Shown in pieces: positions 38,300 to 47,802 of a stretch of DNA of 64,000 nucleotides. Source of the stretch: Bacteriovoracia bacterium (lineage in GTDB: Bacteria; Bdellovibrionota; UBA1018; JBFWNL01). The translations under genes and the position numbers were made by a program. Under the pieces are notes generated by a model. The model saw nothing but the letters and a program-made list of their open reading frames with translations. It ran no database searches and had not been told where the DNA came from. The stretch spans positions 1 through 64,000 of the forward strand of contig JBFWNL010000010.1 in assembly GCA_050251055.1 (NCBI GenBank). Reading direction: 5' to 3'. Every line of letters begins with the position of its first letter. Position 1 is the first letter of the stretch.

Positions 38300-39572
38300 G
38301 GATCGCCTCCAATACTTCCTTGGCGTGGGTCAGGTTGATCCGCTTCTCCTGCATGAGCAGCGCGGCCAAGCGCTCGCGGCACTCGGCAATTTCATGGATT
38401 TCCGCACCGGCGGCGATCGCCAAGTTCGCCGCGTGCAACTTCATATGTCCTTGTACGATCCCGACCGTCGAAAGCGCGCGCAGCGCGCCCAGGTTCTGCA
38501 CCAGGCCCACGGCCACGCAGATGCGCGCGAGGTCGTCGGCGTGTTCGATGCCCATCATCTTCAGGGCCACCTTCGCCGTCGGATGCGAGCGGGTCACCCC
38601 GCCCACCGTTCCCACGGCCATCGGGATCTCGATCTGGCCGATCAGATCGCCGCCTTCCATGCGCCAATCGGTGATGGGCTGGTAGCGTCCGGAACGGGAA
38701 GCGTACGCGTGCACGCCCGCTTCCACCGCGCGCCAGTCGTTGCCGGTGGCGATCAAGATGGGGTCAATGCCGTTGAGCACGCCCTTATTGTGCGTGGTCG
38801 CGCGGTAGGGATCGGCCTTCGCGAAGATCGCGGCCTCGCAGATGCCCTTGCCCACGGCGGGATCGATGTCGCGGATGACGATCTCGGCGACGACCAAACG
38901 GCCGTCCGTCAAATTGGAGAGGATGCACATGCCAACGCGCTCGCCGGTCAGCGTTTCGATGCGGGGCTTGAGCGCTTCGCAAACTTGGTTGATAAGGTTC
39001 GCGCCCATGGCGTCGCAGGTGTCGCAAAGGAGGTGGAGCACCAGCATCTGACCGCCGTCCGGGCGATCGAGCACCCGTACGCCGATGTCACGCACGCCGC
39101 CGCCGCGCTTGACGATACCCGGCATGCATTCGTTGCCGAGCTCGATGAGCCGGTCACGGTTTTCGTGCAAGAGGTTGCGCGCGCGCTGGGCGTCGGCGAC
39201 GAGCGGGAGCTGGATCTGGCCAATCACCAAACGACCCTTCACGTAAGTGCGAATATGACCTTCGCGCGCGACCCATTTCGCGGTAGCGCTCGCGGCGGCC
39301 ACGATGGAGGTTTCTTCGACCGCCATCGGGATCAGGACGTTCTTACCGTCGATCTTGAAATAGGTGGCAACTCCCAGGGGAATCGCGAACGTGCCGACCA
39401 CGTTCTCGATGAGGTTGTCGGCCATTTCGGCCGAAAGCGAATCTTCGCCGGAAAGCGCCAGTACTTCCGAATCCGTGAGCCCGCAAAATTTTTGCACGCG
39501 CGCCAAGCGCTCCGTACGAGTCAGCTTATGGAAGCCGGTCATTAATTGCTGTTGTTCTTCTTGATCGAGCAT
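38250..39572 (-). CDS. mvaA: HMG-CoA reductase, class II
   Basis: ENVVG, PMAVEETS, DAMGAN, RATTHNKG, GNDWRAVEAG, GHMKLH. Confidence 0.95.
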   Translation of the reverse strand: MLDQEEQQQLMTGFHKLTRTERLARVQKFCGLTDSEVLALSGEDSLSAEMADNLIENVVGTFAIPLGVATYFKIDGKNVLIPMAVEETSIVAAASATAKWVAREGHIRTYVKGRLVIGQIQLPLVADAQRARNLLHENRDRLIELGNECMPGIVKRGGGVRDIGVRVLDRPDGGQMLVLHLLCDTCDAMGANLINQVCEALKPRIETLTGERVGMCILSNLTDGRLVVAEIVIRDIDPAVGKGICEAAIFAKADPYRATTHNKGVLNGIDPILIATGNDWRAVEAGVHAYASRSGRYQPITDWRMEGGDLIGQIEIPMAVGTVGGVTRSHPTAKVALKMMGIEHADDLARICVAVGLVQNLGALRALSTVGIVQGHMKLHAANLAIAAGAEIHEIAECRERLAALLMQEKRINLTHAKEVLEAIRDQCVPPARANESVEL

Positions 39573-40627
39573 ATCCCGCTTTTCCCCCTCAACGCGGTCG
39601 GAGAGGAACTTCCAGTGCAAAAGAGCGCCACCTTGAGCTCAAACTCCATTTGTTTCATCCATGAATCCAAGACGGCTTCACCACCCAGCGCCGCCTTCAA
39701 TACCGGCTGCGCGTATCCCACCTGCTTTGATCCTAAGGCGATGAGTTTAGCAGCATCCAAGCCGGAACGCACACCCCCGGACGCCCAAATTTCGGTACCC
39801 CCGGCTCCACCAGAACCGAGTACGTTTTTTGCGGCGACGACCGAATCCACCGTGGTCTCGCCCCAGTTTCCGAAGGTAACCGCCGCGCGCTGCTGCAAAC
39901 TGCCGCTTTCGGCCCGGCTGCCTTCGATGCGGCCCCAATGCGTGCCGCCCAATCCGCTTACGTCGATCGCGGCTAGGCCCACGTTTTTCAGCCGCACGAG
40001 CGTGTTCGACGAAAATCCACAGCCAGTTTCCTTCAGGACCACCGGCACGCCTAATTTGGCGCAAAGAGTTTCAAGCGCTTTCAGGGCTCCACGAAAGTGG
40101 GGCGTCCCTTCGGGCTGGATAGCCTCCTGCATGGCATTCACGTGCACGCAAAGTGCGCTCGCTTCAATCAGGTCGACCAGCTTACGTACGTCGTCGATAG
40201 ACGCGTCGATCAGTTGGCTAATCCCCAAGTTGCCCAAAAGCGTGAGACGCGGGAAGTCCGTCCGAAAACTCTTCCAATGATCAACCGAATGGTAACCAGC
40301 CGCAGACTTCCCTCGTAAAACCTCGAAGTCCCGCCGCTGGGAGCCCACACCCATGGCCCAACCTCGGTTTTGACACGATGCAGCAATTAATCGATTTAGG
40401 GTGGGTGCGTCCGCATGGCCGGCAGTCATGCCACAGACAAAGAACGGGGTGTGCGAAGGCTTGCCTAGGCACTCCGATTCGATGGTAAGATCCTCGAAAT
40501 TCAGCTCTGGGAGCGCCTCATGGGCGAGGCGAACGTCGTCCAAACCACTCAGTCCAGTGGACTGGTTAAGCGGATTAAGGGACTGCTGAATGTGTTCGCG
40601 TTTTCGGTTCTCGAACTGGGGATCCAT
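39542..40627 (-). CDS. fni: Type 2 isopentenyl-diphosphate delta-isomerase
   Basis: RKREHI, MTAG, GSQR, QEAIQPEG, KETGCG, GGTHW, SGGVR. Confidence 0.93.
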   Translation of the reverse strand: MDPQFENRKREHIQQSLNPLNQSTGLSGLDDVRLAHEALPELNFEDLTIESECLGKPSHTPFFVCGMTAGHADAPTLNRLIAASCQNRGWAMGVGSQRRDFEVLRGKSAAGYHSVDHWKSFRTDFPRLTLLGNLGISQLIDASIDDVRKLVDLIEASALCVHVNAMQEAIQPEGTPHFRGALKALETLCAKLGVPVVLKETGCGFSSNTLVRLKNVGLAAIDVSGLGGTHWGRIEGSRAESGSLQQRAAVTFGNWGETTVDSVVAAKNVLGSGGAGGTEIWASGGVRSGLDAAKLIALGSKQVGYAQPVLKAALGGEAVLDSWMKQMEFELKVALFCTGSSSPTALRGKSGICSIKKNNSN

Positions 40628-40712
40628 TATGTAACCAGGTAATAATTTTGGACTGGTCTTATCATAAATTCGTCAATCGGCACGTCCAAAAAAAACTGCT
40701 AACCTGGGGGTA

Positions 40713-41837
40713 ATGTCCGTGGCGAACGCTACCCAACCCTCACGCGTCAAGCTCTTACTCGTCGCATCATTAGCCCTCTTCGTAGTGGTGGAGATCGTGA
40801 TCCTTTCTCCTAGCACGCTGGACGAACCCTCGACCTGGGGCTTTCGTCCGACCCTGAATCCGCAAGACGCCATCACTCATTTGGGAGTGAATGACGAAAC
40901 GCTCGCACCCGGCATCCCCAAGGGCAAGATCCCCGACTACACGCTCAAGGACTTTAGCTACGCCGCGAACCAAGGCGTGCAGAAAATGTGGCGGTTGCAG
41001 GCAAAGAACGCCGTGATGTTCCAAAAAGAGCAGCTCGTGCATTCGCGCCAGGTGATGGCGCACCTTTACAACGCCGGCGACGAGCCCACCATCGTGACCG
41101 GCAAAGAAGCCAAGTATTTCAGCAACCAGCGTGATCTGGAGGTTTTCGGCGACGTGACCACGGTCTTTCCCGACGGCTTCACGCTCTACAGCCAGTACAT
41201 CTTGTACCACCCCGACACCCGCAAGATCGAAATCCCACCCAACCAACCGGTGCGCGGCGAGGGCATTTCCGACGAGGAAAAAACCCTGAGTTTCACGAGT
41301 GAAGGCATGGACTTCTCGATGGAGAAAAACCATATCGTCCTGCCCAAGCACGTACGCCTAAAGATGAAGCGGAACGTCCCGAGGACGGCGAACACGCAAG
41401 GCGTGGCGGACGACACCACGATCGAAGCGGACCGCTGCGAGATCGATCGGATCGCGCGCACCGCGGATTTCTCGATGGATCGCCGGCGTCCGATCGCCGA
41501 GCGTTTCGTCAAAACCCGCCAGGAAAAGCTGCTCGTATACAGCCGCACCGGGCAGCTGAATTACGGCGAGTTTTCCACGCAGCTCAATTACATGAAAGCA
41601 TTCGACGACGTGCTGATCTACGACACGAGCGTGCGGGACCGGAAAAATTCGGAAGGCGCGAAGTATGCGACGTGCGGGCAGGCGGATTTCGACACGCGCA
41701 AAAACATCATTATCCTCAGGAAATTTCCGCAGGTTTATCAAAATTCTGATACCGTGACCGGGGAAACGATCCTGATCCACAAGGAAACGGACATCGTCGA
41801 GGTCGACCATAGCAATGCTTACAGCGAAGGAAGATGA
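40713..41837 (+). CDS. lptC: LPS export protein LptC, extended by a second LptA/OstA-like jellyroll
   Basis: N-terminal TM, WRLQAKNA; C-terminal PQVYQNSDTVTGETI resembles LptA; directly upstream of lptB. Confidence 0.7.
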   Translation: MSVANATQPSRVKLLLVASLALFVVVEIVILSPSTLDEPSTWGFRPTLNPQDAITHLGVNDETLAPGIPKGKIPDYTLKDFSYAANQGVQKMWRLQAKNAVMFQKEQLVHSRQVMAHLYNAGDEPTIVTGKEAKYFSNQRDLEVFGDVTTVFPDGFTLYSQYILYHPDTRKIEIPPNQPVRGEGISDEEKTLSFTSEGMDFSMEKNHIVLPKHVRLKMKRNVPRTANTQGVADDTTIEADRCEIDRIARTADFSMDRRRPIAERFVKTRQEKLLVYSRTGQLNYGEFSTQLNYMKAFDDVLIYDTSVRDRKNSEGAKYATCGQADFDTRKNIIILRKFPQVYQNSDTVTGETILIHKETDIVEVDHSNAYSEGR

Positions 41838-42576
41838 CACCGCCAACGCCCCCGCGCACGTGCTGCGCGCGGTGAACCTACACAAGGCCTACAAAGGACG
41901 GCCAGTCGTGAAGGGGGTGGATTTCGAGATCCACACGGGCCAGGTCGTGGGGTTGCTCGGCCCCAACGGGGCGGGCAAAACCACCTCGTTCTACATGGTG
42001 GTCGGAATCATCCGCGGCGAAGAGGGCGACGTCACCCTCGATAATCAATCCATCCTGGACGTGCCGATGCATGAACGAGCACGCCGCGGGATTGCGTATC
42101 TACCCCAGGAAGCTTCGGTCTTTCGGCGCATGACGGTCGAGGAAAACATCCTCACGGTGCTGGAAGTAATGAAGTTGGGCGATGTGGAACGGCGCAACCG
42201 GCTCCAGAGACTGCTCGACGAGTTCAATCTCAACGCCATCGCCAAGCAAAAGGCTTTCACCCTTTCCGGGGGGGAGCGGCGGCGCGTGGAAGTCGCCAGA
42301 GCGCTTGCGTTAAACCCTATTTTCCTGCTGTTGGACGAACCATTCGCAGGGATTGACCCGATTGCGGTCGCCGACATTCAAAAAATGATCCAGATCCTGA
42401 AAGCCCGGGGCATCGGGGTTCTCATAACTGATCATAACGTACGGGAAACACTAGAGATTTGTGATTTGGGTTATTTGCTAAATGATGGTAAAATTCTGGA
42501 GAAAGGTACACCCAAAGAGATCGCCAACAGCCGCGCCGCTCGGGAAAAGTACCTCGGAGAGAAGTTCCAGCTTTAG
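41815..42576 (+). CDS. lptB: LPS export ABC ATPase
   Basis: GPNGAGKTTSFY, YLPQEASVFR, LSGGERRRVE, LDEPFAGIDP, ITDHNVRET. Confidence 0.96.
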   Translation: MLTAKEDDTANAPAHVLRAVNLHKAYKGRPVVKGVDFEIHTGQVVGLLGPNGAGKTTSFYMVVGIIRGEEGDVTLDNQSILDVPMHERARRGIAYLPQEASVFRRMTVEENILTVLEVMKLGDVERRNRLQRLLDEFNLNAIAKQKAFTLSGGERRRVEVARALALNPIFLLLDEPFAGIDPIAVADIQKMIQILKARGIGVLITDHNVRETLEICDLGYLLNDGKILEKGTPKEIANSRAAREKYLGEKFQL

Positions 42577-42607
42577 CTGCACTACCGGAAAAGACGACAT
42601 CTAGACC

Positions 42608-44101
42608 ATGGCCTTAGAACTCAAACAGAGCTTAAAACTCAGCCAGCAGCTGGTAATGACGCCCCAGCTGCAGCAGGCGATTAAGCTGTTGCAACTGAAC
42701 CGCATGGAGCTGGCCGAGCTCATCAATAACGAGCTGGTCGAGAATCCGGTCCTGGAAGAGACCTACGAGCAGCAGGATCAAGAAGGCACGCCGGAACCCA
42801 CAGAGTCCGCCAGCGGCGCCGACCCGGAAGCCGAACAGCGCCGCGATGAAGAAGCTTTCGACAAGGCCCCCGACGCCAAGGAAGAGCTCGTGAAGGGCAA
42901 GGACGACTTCAACTGGGAGTCGTACATCGAAGATTTCAATTCTAACTATTCGACCGCGCCGTCGATGAAGGAAGTCAACGACGAGCTGCCGAGCTTCGAG
43001 AGCGTGCTGACCAAAACCAGCACGCTCGAAGACCACCTGACCTGGCAGCTCTCCATGGCTAGCCTCACCGACGAGGAAATGAAGTTTGGGAGCCTCGTTA
43101 TCGGCAATCTATCCGACGACGGCTACCTCACCGCGAACATGGAAGACCTGGCGAAGGAGTCCGGGCTGGAGGTGGAAGACGCGGAAGAAGTCCTCAAGAT
43201 CATCAAGAACTTCGATCCCATCGGCGTCTGCTCGCGCTCGCTGCAGGAATGCCTGGCGACCCAAGCCACGTTCCTGAATCCGCGCCAGCCGCTCGTGGAG
43301 TCGATCATCGAAAAGCACCTGGGCGATTTGGAGCGCAAGAACTACTCGACGATCGCGAAAGCGTTGAACACGCCGATCGAAAAAGTCATTGAAGCCACGA
43401 AGATGATCATGGAGCTCGAGCCAAAACCCGGCCGCTCCTTCAACACCGGCGACACCCAGTACATCACGCCCGACATTTACGTGTATAAGGTTGGCCACGA
43501 GTACGTCATCGTGCTCAATGAAGATGGCATGCCGAAGCTGCGTATCTCCGGCTACTACAAAAACATCCTGGCCGAAGCCACCAAGGGCGACGGCAAGAAC
43601 AAGGTCACCAAGGAATACGTGCAGGAAAAACTGCGCTCGGCCATGTGGCTCATCCGCTCGATCCACAATCGCCAGAAGACCATTTACAAGGTGACGGAAG
43701 CCATCGTCCAGCGCCAGCGTGACTTCTTCGAGAAGGGCGTGCAGTTCCTCAAGCCCATGATCCTGAAAGACGTGGCGAACGATATTGGCATGCACGAATC
43801 CACCATCTCGCGCGTGACCACGAACAAATTCGTGCATACGCCCGTGGGTATTTTCGAGCTCAAATACTTCTTCAACTCTTCCATCAACTCGGCCGACGGA
43901 TCCGACGCCCTGGCCAGCGAAGCGGTGAAGGAAAAGATCCGCCAGCTCGTATCAAAGGAAGACCCGAAGAATCCTTTGTCCGATCAGAAGATCGTGGAGC
44001 TCTTAATGAAGGACAACATCAACATCGCCCGCCGCACGGTCGCCAAGTACCGCGAGATGCTGGGCATCCTTTCTTCCGGTAAGCGGAAGAAGGTCATCTA
44101 A
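42608..44101 (+). CDS. rpoN: RNA polymerase sigma-54 factor
   Basis: MTPQLQQAIKLLQL, HESTISR, RpoN box ARRTVAKYR. Confidence 0.98.
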   Translation: MALELKQSLKLSQQLVMTPQLQQAIKLLQLNRMELAELINNELVENPVLEETYEQQDQEGTPEPTESASGADPEAEQRRDEEAFDKAPDAKEELVKGKDDFNWESYIEDFNSNYSTAPSMKEVNDELPSFESVLTKTSTLEDHLTWQLSMASLTDEEMKFGSLVIGNLSDDGYLTANMEDLAKESGLEVEDAEEVLKIIKNFDPIGVCSRSLQECLATQATFLNPRQPLVESIIEKHLGDLERKNYSTIAKALNTPIEKVIEATKMIMELEPKPGRSFNTGDTQYITPDIYVYKVGHEYVIVLNEDGMPKLRISGYYKNILAEATKGDGKNKVTKEYVQEKLRSAMWLIRSIHNRQKTIYKVTEAIVQRQRDFFEKGVQFLKPMILKDVANDIGMHESTISRVTTNKFVHTPVGIFELKYFFNSSINSADGSDALASEAVKEKIRQLVSKEDPKNPLSDQKIVELLMKDNINIARRTVAKYREMLGILSSGKRKKVI

Positions 44102-44127
44102 AAACATTGAATTAAATTGAGCGAAGA

Positions 44128-44916
44128 TTAGTCGGCGAAAACGACGCCGCGGTTTCCGCTGTTCTCGTGATCGTGGCAGTAGAACAAACCGGCCTTCGCC
44201 ACCGTCGGCATGTACTTGCCGCCGTCCTTACCCTTCTCGGGGGACTTGGCGAGCGAGTCGTCCTGGTGGCGGATGCCGCCTTGGCCGTGCACCCGGTGAA
44301 CGGAAGTGGTGTCGCGGTTGATGAACTCCAAAGTCACCGGCGCGGCCGCCGTACGGAAAGTCACGGACGAGTTCGCCGCGAACGGCTTGGCTTCCAGGCC
44401 TTCGCCGCCCATCCAAAGGTGGAACGGCCGAGCGGTGTCTTCAATCGTCACGACATACTTGCTCGCGATCGAAACTGGCACTACGGCCTCGTCGGCCTTC
44501 GCTCCGTCTTGCACGGAAACCTTGAACCCCTTCGCCGCGAAAGGGAGCGCGGTCGATTTCGCTCGGGCGGAGAGCGTGATGGTCTTGGTTTCGCCGGCCT
44601 TTAACGGAAACTCGAGCAGATCGACGGAGAACTGTAGATTCTCGCCTTGCGCGAAGACGGCGTCTTGTTGGCCGTCGCCGTTGATGACGACCTTCACTTG
44701 ATCACCGGCATATTCGGCGCCGGCCTTCACGACGAGCATCACTTCGCGCGATGAAGCGAGGTTCATCTCCAGCTTTTGGTCGACTTGCGCCAAACGCACG
44801 CAAAAGCCAGCCGCGTCTTCGCAGCTATCGGCCCCGACGTAGGCGGTATACGCCTGCGCTCCGCCGACCATAGACAAAGCCCCGCACATCCATCCCATCA
44901 GAATCAGTTTCTTCAT
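44128..44916 (-). CDS. Exported protein with C-terminal cupredoxin-like His/Cys motif
   Basis: Start re-called at MKKLIL; signal peptide ending AQA; N.D...HRVH...HQ...FYCHDH. Confidence 0.6.
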   Translation of the reverse strand: MKKLILMGWMCGALSMVGGAQAYTAYVGADSCEDAAGFCVRLAQVDQKLEMNLASSREVMLVVKAGAEYAGDQVKVVINGDGQQDAVFAQGENLQFSVDLLEFPLKAGETKTITLSARAKSTALPFAAKGFKVSVQDGAKADEAVVPVSIASKYVVTIEDTARPFHLWMGGEGLEAKPFAANSSVTFRTAAAPVTLEFINRDTTSVHRVHGQGGIRHQDDSLAKSPEKGKDGGKYMPTVAKAGLFYCHDHENSGNRGVVFAD

Positions 44917-45026
44917 ATGGGAAGAATTTAGCACCCGCACTCGGAGGCGACCACAAAAGACTTCTGAAGCGAACTCGGTTTTGGTCCAGCGAGCGCACGT
45001 CAAAAAAATGGCGGGACGCGTGATTT

Positions 45027-46307
45027 TTAGCGCCGCACTTGGTAGCCGGCCAGCTGACCGCGATCGGTCGCCACCACCAGGAACGGGTCGGAAGCCGTGG
45101 CCTTGGCGTAAAGATACGCCCCGTCCTCGGTGTGCAGCGGCAAATGCCACGTCACCTTGCCCTTCATGTCGAAGGAGAAGAGGTGGCTGTGCCGGCTTTT
45201 CGTGGACGGCGAATAGATGTCCTCGAACCCCACCAGAACTTCGTCGCGAGAGACGACCATCGGGGACGAATAATCCGCGAAATGCTGATCTCGGTAGAAG
45301 AAGCCTTTGGCGAGCTTCACGGCCGGCGCGGTTCCCGGCTCGAGCTTATACGACGCCAAGTACTGGCCCTGGGGTCCGTTGCCATAAACCAACACGGTAT
45401 CTGCTTTTTCGGAGAACGAAACCTGCTCGGTGTGTTGGCTGAGCTGAACCTGCGCGAGCGTGTTGCCCTGCTTGTCGAGCAAGGCCAAGCTCTGGCCCTT
45501 CAAGGGCGCGCCTTCCGCTCCCACGGCGGGCGCGCTTCCGGTCCCGGGATGCACGTTATAAATGACGGCGATCATCCCGCCCCCGGGGCCTTCGCCCGTG
45601 ATGGCGGCATCCACGATTTCACCTGGCACCGTCTTCTTGAAGACTTCCTTCATCTCGGAATTCAACCGCACCAGCTCGCCGCGATTAAGCGCAATGAGGA
45701 AATGACTCTCGTCGCGCGCAACCTTCAAAGTCAACACCTCGCGCCCGGTACGGTAGGTTTCGAGCTTCTTTCCCGACCAATCGAACAGATCGTAGGCGAC
45801 GCCGGGACGAGAGTCGTCGTCGTAGTAGCACAGCACGCGCTTCACCCGGTTCAGGAGCATGGGCTTGCAAAGCGCGCCATAGGACCACTGAACCTTACCC
45901 GCCTGATCAATGCCGGAGAGCTTTTCGTCGTACGTGCTCATCACGGCGAACTCGCCGCTCTCGCTGATCTCGAGATCCTTGATCTTCGACTTCAACGGCA
46001 GCCGCCACACTTCCTCGCCCTGTTTGGAAAAGAGCAGGACGAACGGATTCGTCGGCGCGCTCGACTCCTCGTCGCTCGGCACGGTCGCCGCCAAGATAAA
46101 CTTCCCGTTCTTCGAGAGCTTCAGGTCCGTCACGAAGCCGGGCATCTTCTGCGACCAAAGGTGCGTCGCGAGCGAGTTCTGCTCCGAGACTTCGAAGGGC
46201 AAACTGTGTTGGATGGACTTCGTCGTGGAGCACGCGGGAATGCCTAGGTAGGCGAGGATCGTGCTCCAGCTCATCATGAGGGTAACGCCCGAACTTTTCT
46301 TCTTCAC
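45027..46307 (-). CDS. Beta-propeller (PQQ/WD40-like) putative lipoprotein
   Basis: Lipobox-like IPAC; repeated G..W blades (GEEVW, GKVQW, GKVTW). Confidence 0.6.
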   Translation of the reverse strand: MKKKSSGVTLMMSWSTILAYLGIPACSTTKSIQHSLPFEVSEQNSLATHLWSQKMPGFVTDLKLSKNGKFILAATVPSDEESSAPTNPFVLLFSKQGEEVWRLPLKSKIKDLEISESGEFAVMSTYDEKLSGIDQAGKVQWSYGALCKPMLLNRVKRVLCYYDDDSRPGVAYDLFDWSGKKLETYRTGREVLTLKVARDESHFLIALNRGELVRLNSEMKEVFKKTVPGEIVDAAITGEGPGGGMIAVIYNVHPGTGSAPAVGAEGAPLKGQSLALLDKQGNTLAQVQLSQHTEQVSFSEKADTVLVYGNGPQGQYLASYKLEPGTAPAVKLAKGFFYRDQHFADYSSPMVVSRDEVLVGFEDIYSPSTKSRHSHLFSFDMKGKVTWHLPLHTEDGAYLYAKATASDPFLVVATDRGQLAGYQVRR

Positions 46308-46324
46308 GGTTTATTAATGGTGAC

Positions 46325-46675
46325 TTATCCGGCGCGTGAACGCAACCGGGTATAACGGGCTTTCGCCTGGCGCCGCAGGGTAGGCGTGGCAGGATCCTTG
46401 CGCGCGCTCTTTTGATAGTCTTGAATGCTCAGGCAACCGTAGATTTTCTTCACCAGCATGGTGTTCACCTGGGCGCCGATCTCCTCGGCAATCGATTGCA
46501 CCATGGAATTTGGAATCGAAAGCTTCAACTTTCTGAGGTAGGCTAGGTAATCCATAACCACCTTGCCAATGAAGGCTTTGCGGTCCATGTCCGCGTCATG
46601 GAATTGGTACAGGTGTTGTTCGAAGATCACGTACAGTGGATCGAGATTGGAGTCTTTGTCAGGTGTTGGGCGCAT
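46325..46675 (-). CDS. Hypothetical protein
   Basis: Start re-called at MRPTPDKD to avoid overlap with the divergent DHH gene; plausible helical protein. Confidence 0.55.
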   Translation of the reverse strand: MRPTPDKDSNLDPLYVIFEQHLYQFHDADMDRKAFIGKVVMDYLAYLRKLKLSIPNSMVQSIAEEIGAQVNTMLVKKIYGCLSIQDYQKSARKDPATPTLRRQAKARYTRLRSRAG

Positions 46676-46715
46676 AAGGCGTTTGATATCTTTCTCGGTG
46701 ATCTGGAGAGGCGTC

Positions 46716-47789
46716 TTGAGCAAGAAGTACAAGGAAAAAGAAGTCGGGCTTTCGCGTAGCAAAGATTTCCAAGAGTTCCAAAAGCTTTTGGGGGACGCCA
46801 AACGCGTGCTCATTTCTACCCACCTCCTTCCTGATGGCGACGGCTTGGGCGCGGAATTCGCGCTCTTTCACTACCTCAAGCGGGCGCGGAAAGCTTGCCG
46901 CGTCTATAACCCCGATCCGGTGCCAAAGCGTTATCGCTTCATGGATCCAAAGTCGACGGTTTTACTCGGTCCAGGCGAGGTAGAACTCTGGGATACGTTC
47001 GATCTCTGGGTCATCGTCGACACGAACGACCCGCGTCGACTGGGGCCCCTCTGGGGTGAGCTTTCGCTGCGGGCGAAGAAGATCGTCTTTCTTGATCACC
47101 ATCCGCCCACGCTCGGCGCGGGCGGCACGGTGGAAGAATTGAACTACCCTCCCCACGCCTTCGTGGTTTCGGATACCGCCTCGAGCAGCATCGGCGAATT
47201 GCTTTATCACCTCTTCGGGGAGCTGAACCTCACCAAGATCAATCGCGATATGGCGCTCGGGCTCTACGTCTCGGTGATGACGGATACGAACAGCTTCCGC
47301 TACTCGCGCACGACGCCGGCCGCGCACCGGATCGCGGGAGAGATGATCGAGCTCGGCGTGAATCCGGAGGACGTTTACCAATCCATTTTCTCGTCAAAGG
47401 AACTCTCCCACCTGCAACTGCTCGGGCACATGTTGCAAAACGTGAAGGTGGCCGCCGGCGGCAAGCTCGCCTGGCTCGAGATGGGGCTGAACCTGCGCAA
47501 GGAACACCGCGCTTCGGCGGACGACACGCAGTCGTTCCTGAACCTGCTCCTGCTCCTGCGTGACGCCGAGGTGGTTTGCCTCTTCCGCGAGGAGGACAAC
47601 GACATGGTCCGCGTTTCGATTAAGTCCAAAGGCAAGATCGTCATTAACCGGGTGGCGATGGAACTGGGCGGAGGCGGACATGAGTACGCCGCCGGACTCG
47701 CGCTCGACGCTCCCTTACGCAAGACGGTCGAGGCCGTCACGGGCCGCATTGAAACCTTGATCCAAAACTTCGAAAGGTTCGGCAAATGA
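46716..47789 (+). CDS. DHH/DHHA1 phosphoesterase, NrnA-like
   Basis: THLLPDGDGLG, VDT, LDHH, TDTNSF, GGGGHEYAAG; TTG start inferred. Confidence 0.9.
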   Translation: MSKKYKEKEVGLSRSKDFQEFQKLLGDAKRVLISTHLLPDGDGLGAEFALFHYLKRARKACRVYNPDPVPKRYRFMDPKSTVLLGPGEVELWDTFDLWVIVDTNDPRRLGPLWGELSLRAKKIVFLDHHPPTLGAGGTVEELNYPPHAFVVSDTASSSIGELLYHLFGELNLTKINRDMALGLYVSVMTDTNSFRYSRTTPAAHRIAGEMIELGVNPEDVYQSIFSSKELSHLQLLGHMLQNVKVAAGGKLAWLEMGLNLRKEHRASADDTQSFLNLLLLLRDAEVVCLFREEDNDMVRVSIKSKGKIVINRVAMELGGGGHEYAAGLALDAPLRKTVEAVTGRIETLIQNFERFGK

Positions 47790-47802
47790 AGGGGGGTTCT
47801 GC

